A stretch of DNA of 64,000 bases from positions 7,993 through 71,992 of the forward strand of contig UQCQ01000008.1 in assembly GCA_900539595.1 (NCBI GenBank), given 5' to 3'. Shown here piece after piece: positions 44,405-52,356 of this stretch (positions are counted from its first letter, which is position 1; each line of letters opens with the position of its first letter). Position numbers and translations under genes: made by a program. The stretch comes from an uncultured Mollicutes bacterium. Lineage in GTDB: Bacteria > Bacillota_I > Bacilli_A > RFN20 > CAG-826. The notes below the pieces were generated by a model. The model saw only the letters and a program-made list of their open reading frames with translations, was not told the DNA's origin and did no database searches.

Positions 44405-44908
44405 TTACATGAAGCGCTCAAATGCATTCTTAACGGCGTAATAATCAAAACCGCACGAATTTTTCATAGGTATATGTATTCCAGAGGTTCTAATAACTTC
44501 TGGACACCAATCTTTAAAAACATACTTAGAATTGTACAAAACGATTATGTTCATGTGATCTCTAACGGCTTTTGAACATTCGTAATCAACGAAACTATCA
44601 AAAGAAACATTGCCGCCTGAATAGCATCTATTATTAAAGTAATGCGAGCAATATCGGCACGATCCTGAGTTGACACTTTTCGTTTTTGGACCAACAACAA
44701 GCACAAATAGTTTGGAGTGCTCCATTCTATCGCAAAGTGATTTTTTTATATTACAAGGGTTGCTTGTGTCTCTTGCTTGTTTAAATTCATGGGCGTCAAC
44801 GAAATCTAGTGACCAGTAATTGCTTTCCTTCCACTTATATAATTGGGTGATGGCATCAGAATCTTCATCCCAAGCGCCTGCAATGTATGTCCGTGTCTTG
44901 TAATACAT
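44405..44908 (-). CDS. thsB: Thoeris ThsB-type TIR-like (DUF1863) protein, copy 1
   Basis: 167-aa ORF. The N-terminus MYYKTRTYIAGAWDEDSDAITQLYKWKESNYW matches the x-x-Y-I-A-x-D-x-D...W-K pattern of DUF1863 TIR-like proteins. Confidence 0.65.
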   Translation of the reverse strand: MYYKTRTYIAGAWDEDSDAITQLYKWKESNYWSLDFVDAHEFKQARDTSNPCNIKKSLCDRMEHSKLFVLVVGPKTKSVNSGSCRYCSHYFNNRCYSGGNVSFDSFVDYECSKAVRDHMNIIVLYNSKYVFKDWCPEVIRTSGIHIPMKNSCGFDYYAVKNAFERFM

Positions 44909-45254
44909 AAAACACCCTCCAAAACTATTTGAAAAATAAAACTAAAGATGCTTTGGTTTCTAATTCAAATTAATTATAGCAGTCAATAAAAAGTAGACAC
45001 CAACATTATTTGTAGTCACCTCGTTCCGAGTTTTGCATAAAGCCATTGGAAGATATAGACGTTGGCTCAGCGATACGCCGTCGCTCACGAAACCACGCAA
45101 CGAATCGCACATTTCTCGGCGGTTTGCATCGATGACCTCGTAAGTTTATTGTCGGCGAAAATCCTCTACGTTTTCTTGAAATGCAAAACCCTCTTCGGCA
45201 ATCACCTTCTAGCAAAAATCCTCCCGTTACTAACAAATGCAAACGACCCTCTAT

Positions 45255-45285
45255 AGAAAATGGAGCCGCGTTTTGAAGCGGCTCC
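45255..45285 (-). terminator. Intrinsic terminator (copy A of a duplicated 38-nt segment) after the ASCH gene
   Basis: The minus strand reads GGAGCCGC-TTCAAAAC-GCGGCTCC-ATTTTCT. The 38-nt segment 45257-45294 equals 48242-48279 except for 1 nt in the loop. Confidence 0.8.
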
Positions 45286-45305
45286 ATATCGTTAACCAGA
45301 CAACA

Positions 45306-45677
45306 TTATTTCACATAGGCAAAAGACTGTGGGGCCATCCTTAAGCCAAAGTCCGATAAGGATTTTGGCCTTTCGTATACTTTAACTTCTCCAAGCTTAT
45401 AGGCATAAGCAACCTGCTTATCCTTAAAGTATTCATCAAAGAACGACTTAGTGATTCCGGATTGGTTCTTGGTTAGATTCCAAAGTTCTTCGGGCGAAGT
45501 GGCGATAACACCTAGGATTTCTACTTCTGCGACAACCTTCATTATTGGTTTTGTTGCATAGATAATAAGAGTATCAACCTGTTGTTTAGCAACCCTTGTC
45601 CGATATTCGAGCTTCTTCTCCCCACTTAGGATTTTTTCGACGTATTCTGGATTGATAGAAATAAGTATCTTCTTCAT
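45306..45677 (-). CDS. ASCH-domain (PUA-like fold) protein
   Basis: The likely start is ATG 45677 (MKKILISINPEYVEKILSGEKKLEYRT...). The K-x-x-E-Y-R motif and ~120-aa size are typical of ASCH. The ORF track extends to 45731. Confidence 0.7.
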   Translation of the reverse strand: MKKILISINPEYVEKILSGEKKLEYRTRVAKQQVDTLIIYATKPIMKVVAEVEILGVIATSPEELWNLTKNQSGITKSFFDEYFKDKQVAYAYKLGEVKVYERPKSLSDFGLRMAPQSFAYVK

Positions 45678-45727
45678 TGCTACCCCCAATTTTTGGCCTT
45701 TCTGCGTATCGTTTTTTCTTCCGTGGC

Positions 45728-48133
45728 TCAAAACACGCTTCGATCCAATTTATGTTCTATAAGCAGCGTTTTATCTTTATCAACGGATACAACATATCGA
45801 AAACTTAGAAATACATAATAATTGGTCGATTTAAGTCTCTTTATCAATTCTTCTTTTGTAATATAGAAACTATGTTTGTCATTATCGCCAATGTCATAGT
45901 AGCGATATAAGCCATTTTCGAAAGGCTTATAGTGACGCTGAATAATGGACTCGATTTCATCGTTGTCCAAGCGCCGTATTAACGATGCTTTCTCATCAAT
46001 TTTGGCATTAAATCGAATGGCACCTTCTCTCCAATAAACTTCCGAAGTCAAGTTCGGGACTTTTTTTAAGTTAAGATTTTCTATCTCCTCACGGTATCTA
46101 TTATTTTCGTTGTCTAAATAAGCCTGCGTCCAATATGCGGTAGACTCAAATTCCGGTTTTAAATCTAGAATCCATTTTGCAATATCATCTGGCGCGGTTT
46201 TATCACTTTTCTCTTTTTTGAATGCCGCAGTACCTACCGCTTCACCAATTTCTCTATCAAATTGTGATGGAACCTGCCCCAAAAAGGACGTTAGACCACT
46301 TTTATGGTTGTAGCTCCATATCATCGTATACAAATGCTCAGAAGTTCCATTCGATGCATCAATCGTTGGGTCATAAAACGGATTTGCTTTTAGTGCTTTC
46401 TCAAACTCATCGACAATCAAACAATTGTCTTGATCGAGGTCGACAACATCGGGTTGTTGTTTGTTTGCCTTTTCATCATAAAAAACGTCGTGGAAGTCGA
46501 CTAATTGTTTGACCATACCTTTGAAAAGATGATTTACAACGTTAAATTCCAACCGCCGCAATCCAAGGAAATCCAAAAACGATTGATCGATATCCTCTTT
46601 AAGTTTTCCTCCTTCGAGCCAGTTTTCAGAAAGTTCTTCCGCAAGCGCTTCTTTGTCGTTCGGAGCCAAATCAGCTAGGATTTTGGATAAGTCTATCGTC
46701 GGGGAATAGACTCGTGCGGAAGCAAAGACAAGCAAAAGCCAATCGTGAAATAGATCCTCTTTTTTGAATGTGTCATTGCCATCATGGACATTTGTAATCC
46801 GATTTCCATCGAAATCAAAAACGGATTCGGATACAGAATTGTAGTATTTTAGAAACGTTGAAATTGATTTGGGGATATTCTCTTCCTTAGTCCTTTTTGG
46901 CGCTTCCTGCATCCAATGTCTCCATTTGGTTCCATCTGCGTTGAGGCCTTTTGATTTTTCATCCAAAACGGCTTCAATTGCTTGTTTTTCGCTGTCGGCC
47001 CAAATCGATTTCGTAGACAAATGATTCATCAGCATACAAGCGAAGAAGCCAATCGGTTGTTCTCCAAATTGAAAAAGATCCCTCGGATGCCAATCGTTAT
47101 CTCGAAGCAATTTCAAAAACCATGGATCACCTTTGTTTAAGGTGTTCGCTAACATATAGACAACAACCGAAAGTCCTATCGCGTTATCAAAATCAGAGGC
47201 ATGATAGATACCATCATAGGAAACCAACGCATTCACTTTTTCTTTTTCCTTCTCCCCAAGTTCAAGAGCACAGCAAAGGTCGTGGAGCTGTAAGAGCGAC
47301 ATTGCCAATGCACGGTAATGTTTTTGCAGTTCCGCGAAATTGAGCTTCTTGCTCAGTTCCCCCGATATAACGATTCGAATATTCTCATACCCGCAATTCA
47401 CCGCCTCGGCAACCGTAATATCACTTAGCAAAAACGTTTGATTTAGCTGATATTTTGTCACGTTTTCTTGGACATTGTGAAAATAACTATCCTGTTTGGC
47501 CATTAGATAGTCGATCAAATCGTAGGGATTTGCATCGTGCCGTCTTAGTGTCTTAAAAGCCTCTTTAATCCCTTCTGCCATCAAAATATTAAGTACTATG
47601 GTTTCAAAGGTATTGTCTCCATGATCTCTAAAGGGGCTTTCTTCTTTCTCCTTTAACAAATATTTCTGTTTCACAACACGTTTAACAGCCGATTTTGGAT
47701 GAGCAACAATTGAAATATCCTGGAATGAGAAAATGATTGAATAGAGGAAGGAAATGGCTTCCAAGCAATAAAGCGATATTTTTAAGGTATGAACAAACAA
47801 CAGAGAATGGGCACCTAAGAGCACGCAAACGACAACCATTTTATGCAGATGGTCAAAATACCACTTGCCTCGAATTTCATTAATATCGGAAATCGTCGCA
47901 CCATAAATCTTGTCTTTGTAAATTCCGAGAACAACGGACACAACCGTAACGGTGCACGGAATTAAGGTTATTGTCACGGCGTAGGATTCCATCGGCATAG
48001 TTTTATAGGCTTCTTCGCTTATATGGAATTTGAACCCCATAACTTCCAAAATCACCGCCGTGATCAGCAGAATAACAAACAAAGTGTCAGCAGCATAACT
48101 CAAAAGATGTTTGGAAAATATCTTGTACCTCAT
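45728..48133 (-). CDS. 801-aa membrane-anchored protein of unknown function
   Basis: About 4 N-terminal hydrophobic helices (LLSYAADTLFVILLITAVILEVMGF, SYAVTITLIPCTVTVVSVVLGIY, VVVCVLLGAHSLLFV, LYCLEAISFLYSIIFSF), then a ~650-aa soluble region with no motif I recognise. Confidence 0.6.
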   Translation of the reverse strand: MRYKIFSKHLLSYAADTLFVILLITAVILEVMGFKFHISEEAYKTMPMESYAVTITLIPCTVTVVSVVLGIYKDKIYGATISDINEIRGKWYFDHLHKMVVVCVLLGAHSLLFVHTLKISLYCLEAISFLYSIIFSFQDISIVAHPKSAVKRVVKQKYLLKEKEESPFRDHGDNTFETIVLNILMAEGIKEAFKTLRRHDANPYDLIDYLMAKQDSYFHNVQENVTKYQLNQTFLLSDITVAEAVNCGYENIRIVISGELSKKLNFAELQKHYRALAMSLLQLHDLCCALELGEKEKEKVNALVSYDGIYHASDFDNAIGLSVVVYMLANTLNKGDPWFLKLLRDNDWHPRDLFQFGEQPIGFFACMLMNHLSTKSIWADSEKQAIEAVLDEKSKGLNADGTKWRHWMQEAPKRTKEENIPKSISTFLKYYNSVSESVFDFDGNRITNVHDGNDTFKKEDLFHDWLLLVFASARVYSPTIDLSKILADLAPNDKEALAEELSENWLEGGKLKEDIDQSFLDFLGLRRLEFNVVNHLFKGMVKQLVDFHDVFYDEKANKQQPDVVDLDQDNCLIVDEFEKALKANPFYDPTIDASNGTSEHLYTMIWSYNHKSGLTSFLGQVPSQFDREIGEAVGTAAFKKEKSDKTAPDDIAKWILDLKPEFESTAYWTQAYLDNENNRYREEIENLNLKKVPNLTSEVYWREGAIRFNAKIDEKASLIRRLDNDEIESIIQRHYKPFENGLYRYYDIGDNDKHSFYITKEELIKRLKSTNYYVFLSFRYVVSVDKDKTLLIEHKLDRSVF

Positions 48134-48240
48134 CTAGCACCCTCCAGCGAAGCTTTCTTTGATTCATTTTGTAACTGGGTCAGGAATTTAGCAACATAAT
48201 CGTGCTTAACCCTCGTACTTCTTCTAGTTTGCGCCTAATT

Positions 48241-48270
48241 AAAAATGGAGCCGCATTTTGAAGCGGCTCC
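48241..48270 (-). terminator. Intrinsic terminator (copy B) after the 571-aa surface protein gene
   Basis: The minus strand reads GGAGCCGC-TTCAAAAT-GCGGCTCC-ATTTTTAATT. Confidence 0.8.
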
Positions 48271-48295
48271 ATATCGTTAGATATCCTTAGGAGGA

Positions 48296-50011
48296 TTAGT
48301 TGGATTTCTTACGACGGAAGAAGAGTAGAGATGCACTAGCGGCAATCGTAACGGCTCCAATGCCAACAAGAGTCCAGGTGGTGGAATCCGTTGCGCCCGG
48401 GAGCATCAAGGCATTGGCTTTAGTGGTAGTGCGACGGCCAAGGAAGTCATGAAGAGCAGCGTATTTGGTTTTAATAATGAAGTCATAACCCGCAAGAGCT
48501 TGCTTCATTTTCTCGCCTTCAAAATTGCCGTATTTAATAGCCATCTTATCGGGGATAGATAGCGCATCAAACGTGGCTTCGGCTTCACTCCATTTGGCTT
48601 CCGTAAGAGCCGTATTGCCAGTTGGATCACAAATTTCGTTTAGCTTAGCTAGGAAGATTTCGGCCCAAGTTTCGGTTCCAAAGGTCACAGGCGCATCGGA
48701 AGAAACATAGATGGACACAGGCTGTTGACCCGACGAATAGCATGAGAACAAAGGGCTGTTTGGCTTGTTCGGATTAAACCGAAGAATATTACGCGTATTT
48801 TTACCCGTGAATTGCACTTTCCACGTGGAATCCACACAAGTCATTTTTGCAAACGAATTCTCATCAATATTATTGAAGTCGGTTTCCGTTTTTAGCAAAT
48901 TGCTCGAGCTATCTGCTGCATACAAAACGCCTTTGCTAACTTCATCATACAAAGCAAACGTACCGCTCTTGGAAGTGGGCAAAACCAAAAGAGAAGCAAA
49001 CTCAGAATTTTCAACCAACCGATCAGTGGCCTTACCGTTCGCTACACCAGAACGATTCTTTTCTTTTTGGGCCCCAAGCACGAAGCTGCCATCGGAGTTT
49101 GCAATCATAATCTTTTTGCCAACGGCGATACTAGAAGCGTCTACAGATTTCGAATAGAAATTACCTTTAATTGCCTTAACGGTAAATTGGCAACGGCGTT
49201 CAGTTTCACCTGAACCATATACGAAATTCAATACATTTGCGCCTTCAACGAGATCAGGGTTTTCAATCGTTACGCCAGTTTTAAGAACGCTCTCGGTCGT
49301 ATCTTCATGTGTTGCAGTGATAACGAAATCATCGAGCGTAACTTTGTCGCCAACATAGAACACGGCGTTGGGATTTGCCAAGCCCGCAGATATAGACTTG
49401 ACCGGAGACGCAGGCTCGGCAGAGGTTGATTCAAAAAATTCAACTTTCGAAATTTGTACAAATCCGTTTGCCGAACCAGAAGCACAATCAAAGATTATCT
49501 TGTAATACAAATTAGGAGCTGGTTTGGATAATGAAAACTCCTTATCACCTATTGAAACGTCATTAAGTTGGACCGTTTCAACCAAATTTGTGAATTCTGC
49601 ATCGCTGGCAGCGACGAGTTTAATTGAGTTGACATTTGTGGCATTCACTTTATCAAATGTCACAGCAACCTTGGCAACGGCTTTGTCCAACGCAGCCACA
49701 GTAGCAATGGAAGCAACCGAGGCATTCCCGTTTCTACCACATTTTACGTAGGTCCAGCTATTATTGTTATTATTAAAGTTAGTTACAGAAAAAACGGTCT
49801 CGTTATTAGCCGTACATGTCCAGGAAGTAGTATATCCGCTCACGCCTTTGCTATTTGTTTTGCTTGAAAAGGTTAGTGTAGAAAACGCCGTTTCCGCATC
49901 TTCCGCCTTCACCATCATCGTATCTTGATGGCCGAAGCCCATCTTTACTCCGCCTAGGGTCACACCGAAAGCAAGGGCTCCTAAGGCTAACGCTAAGAAT
50001 CTTTTCTTCAT
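48296..50011 (-). CDS. Secreted surface protein with Ig-like segment and C-terminal sorting-signal-like anchor
   Basis: 571-aa ORF with signal MKKRFLALALGALAFGVTLGG. The C-terminus LPGATDSTTWTLVGIGAVTIAASASLLFFRRKKSN is a motif followed by a hydrophobic helix and a basic tail. Confidence 0.7.
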   Translation of the reverse strand: MKKRFLALALGALAFGVTLGGVKMGFGHQDTMMVKAEDAETAFSTLTFSSKTNSKGVSGYTTSWTCTANNETVFSVTNFNNNNNSWTYVKCGRNGNASVASIATVAALDKAVAKVAVTFDKVNATNVNSIKLVAASDAEFTNLVETVQLNDVSIGDKEFSLSKPAPNLYYKIIFDCASGSANGFVQISKVEFFESTSAEPASPVKSISAGLANPNAVFYVGDKVTLDDFVITATHEDTTESVLKTGVTIENPDLVEGANVLNFVYGSGETERRCQFTVKAIKGNFYSKSVDASSIAVGKKIMIANSDGSFVLGAQKEKNRSGVANGKATDRLVENSEFASLLVLPTSKSGTFALYDEVSKGVLYAADSSSNLLKTETDFNNIDENSFAKMTCVDSTWKVQFTGKNTRNILRFNPNKPNSPLFSCYSSGQQPVSIYVSSDAPVTFGTETWAEIFLAKLNEICDPTGNTALTEAKWSEAEATFDALSIPDKMAIKYGNFEGEKMKQALAGYDFIIKTKYAALHDFLGRRTTTKANALMLPGATDSTTWTLVGIGAVTIAASASLLFFRRKKSN

Positions 50012-50044
50012 GTTCTTTGTTTCTCCTATTTTGATTAACGCGCT

Positions 50045-50143
50045 TTATCCTTGGCCGTGAAGCGGGTTGCACCCGTTTAGTGGCCGGGAAACGGCGCCTT
50101 CTGGGAGAAGGGTGCACCGCTTCTACTAGACGGCCAAGGATAA
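50045..50143. other. Long GC-rich imperfect hairpin (~99 nt) in a 405-nt intergenic spacer; possible structured RNA
   Basis: TTATCCTTGGCCGT (50045-50058) pairs with ACGGCCAAGGATAA (50130-50143). The inner pairs are GAAGCGG/CCGCTTC and TGCACCC/GGGTGCA. Confidence 0.4.
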
Positions 50144-50416
50144 GGCCTTGGCAAGTTCGCTTCCTTTGCTAACGAATAGGAAGAACGGTCTAATAGACTA
50201 GAGGAGAGAAGGGGCCCGTTTCTAACCTCTTTTAGGCATAGAATCCCCATAGGCCGGATCTCACGGCTCTAGTCTACCCTACTACGTAGAGGATTGAAAC
50301 ATTAAATTTAAACAAGGGGGATTCTATGCGCCTAAACAACCATGAAAGCGGTTACTACGCTCCAAAGAAAAGATGCTGTCCCGAGTTGGGGACGGCACGA
50401 AGTACGATTTATTGCC

Positions 50417-51322
50417 TTAATAACTCGAAGGATCAATGCCAGCAAAGGACAAAGAAATCGATACGGATCCGTTTTGGCAGGCGTCCTGGTTTTCCATCTC
50501 AGTGCCTTCTAGCCAGACCACCCCATAATAATAACGGGTGCCTTGGGCGGCTAGTTGACCCATATATTGTTTGCTCGTAAAAGGGGTGAACTGGTTGGGC
50601 ATCGAAAAATCTTCGATATAGAAATGATTCAATGAAGCATCATCGCTATAACGGGAGGTCGATACGGTTCGATCGGTATTTAAAATCGGCGAATCGATAT
50701 AGGTATCTAGCGATGCGTCCTTCTTTTTTTCAAAAACCATCTTGCATTCGCCTAGATAGGCTCCATTCGCGTCTTTTCGGTCGTAGTTTTTCTTATTTAC
50801 TTCTAAAACCGATACGCGGGTCCATTGGGATAACATGACATCCGCGTCGCTTTCTTTATCCACGGGATTAATCGAAGTCCCGTTGCATAAAAATAACGGC
50901 AATTCCGTGGTTCCGGGGTTCGTCACCGAAAACCGGAACAGAGTGTAATAATGATAATCCCCAGTTACGTTTTTAACGTTATAGCATTTCCCGCCTAATT
51001 GGGACGTATCCATCCAGTCGGGACGATAGATGGTTCGTCCGTCTTTGCTGGATACATCCTTGGTTACGGATTCGCTTGAGAGCAAGGTTTGATGAACGCC
51101 ATTATGGTCACCATCTTCTTCTTGTATCACCGCCTTAGGGTCAGATATCGAATCGATCGATACTCTTAAATGGCCGTAATTGCCATTGATGGTAATCGAA
51201 GAATAATTCATCGATACCGAGCGGTTTACATTAAACCAAGCAAGAGTGGAAACCGCCGCGGTGGATAAAGAAGCCACGATTAAAACCGAGATGGTAATCA
51301 GGGCTTTGTTGAAATTTTTCAT
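50417..51322 (-). CDS. TasA/camelysin-like secreted protein, paralog C (SipW-class signal)
   Basis: 301-aa ORF with ...SLSTAAVSTLAWFNVNRS and C-terminal motif VVWLEGTEMENQDACQNGSVSISLSF. Confidence 0.65.
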   Translation of the reverse strand: MKNFNKALITISVLIVASLSTAAVSTLAWFNVNRSVSMNYSSITINGNYGHLRVSIDSISDPKAVIQEEDGDHNGVHQTLLSSESVTKDVSSKDGRTIYRPDWMDTSQLGGKCYNVKNVTGDYHYYTLFRFSVTNPGTTELPLFLCNGTSINPVDKESDADVMLSQWTRVSVLEVNKKNYDRKDANGAYLGECKMVFEKKKDASLDTYIDSPILNTDRTVSTSRYSDDASLNHFYIEDFSMPNQFTPFTSKQYMGQLAAQGTRYYYGVVWLEGTEMENQDACQNGSVSISLSFAGIDPSSY

Positions 51323-51413
51323 CGCGGCGGTTTCCTTTCTTCTTGATAGTAGAGATAAGCGGGAGAGGGAATCCCCTCCCCCGCTTCTAGACGTAGGGTT
51401 TTAACGAAACGGA

Positions 51414-52307
51414 TTAAGCGCCAACAGTCTCGATACCAGTGAGTTTCAACGTGACATCAACAGCTCCGCCGGCAGCCGCGTCTTGGTTGTCGGATTCGGT
51501 GCCTTCGAGCCACACGGAAACGATATAAGCTTTGGTTGCATTCGCGGTCAATTCGCCTAAATAAGCAACGTTGCCCGTGGTTTTGGTAGTGCCCGAAACA
51601 ACGGCATCGAAAGCCCCAAGTTTGTGGGTCGCAGTAGCAACATCCGCCAACTTCGGCTTTCCTTCGTTTAGTGCGGCTTCGGCAATTCCTTTGGATTTGG
51701 TGGATCCGGAGTCCACGTTTTCAAAGAGAACTTTCAACGTAGCATCAGCAGTATCTCCGGCCACCGGATCCTTTGTGCTGTCTTTTGCTTCCAAAACAGC
51801 GACACGAGTCCATTTGGCAAGCGCGACATCGGCGGCGTTTCCGGACGTGTTGGCATTAACCGCGGTTCCTTCGTTGAAGAAAACGTGGGTAGCGGTGTTG
51901 CCGGTGTTCTTGACCGTGAAATAGAATTGCGTATAGCCGGTTGTAACCTCTTTCACGCTATAAGCCTGTTGTTCATTGCCGGCGACGCCCTTCCAGTCGG
52001 GTTTGAAGAATTTCTTGCCATCAACAGAGGAAACATCAGTAGTAAAGGAACTGTTTGATTCTACCCGAATGGCATCCGAGAATTTACCGGTCGACGATTC
52101 ATAATTTGATGCATGGAGACCATCATCAGTAATGCCTCCAAGGGTAACTTCAAGTTTGGCGTTGGAAGATTGCGCGGTGATTTTAGTATAGGTGAGGGTC
52201 GCGCTGCGGTTGGTGGTGAACCAAGCAAAGGTGCCGGTAGCGCCGGCAACCGCGGTTCCGGCTGTGAGGACGGAGAGAGCGAGGACGAGTTTAGCTTTCG
52301 TTTTCAT
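51414..52307 (-). CDS. TasA/camelysin-like secreted protein, paralog B (SipW-class signal)
   Basis: The likely start is ATG 52307 (MKTKAKLVLALSVLTAGTAVAGATGTFAWFTTNRS); the ORF track extends to 52382. C-terminal motif VSVWLEGTESDNQDAAAGGAVDVTLKL. Confidence 0.65.
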   Translation of the reverse strand: MKTKAKLVLALSVLTAGTAVAGATGTFAWFTTNRSATLTYTKITAQSSNAKLEVTLGGITDDGLHASNYESSTGKFSDAIRVESNSSFTTDVSSVDGKKFFKPDWKGVAGNEQQAYSVKEVTTGYTQFYFTVKNTGNTATHVFFNEGTAVNANTSGNAADVALAKWTRVAVLEAKDSTKDPVAGDTADATLKVLFENVDSGSTKSKGIAEAALNEGKPKLADVATATHKLGAFDAVVSGTTKTTGNVAYLGELTANATKAYIVSVWLEGTESDNQDAAAGGAVDVTLKLTGIETVGA

Positions 52308-52356
52308 TTGTTTTGATTTCCTTTCAATGAATAAATATGAATGAATTGAAGATGAA

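Noticed and set aside
45257-48279. Integron-like cassette with attC sites (copy B is followed by GTTAGAT, which fits GTTRRRY)
   Set aside because: Copy A reads GTTAACC, which does not fit. The repeat is a plain GC hairpin plus T-run typical of terminators, and no integron integrase or attI is in the window.
48296-48410. Calling the 571-aa protein a bona fide LPXTG sortase substrate
   Set aside because: The motif is LPGATD, not LPxTG, and no sortase is visible. It is reported only as sorting-signal-like.
50326-50580. 84-aa + ORF in or next to the structured spacer
   Set aside because: It overlaps the 3' end of the TasA-like gene in antisense, and its product is Arg/Cys-rich. The region is better explained as RNA structure.
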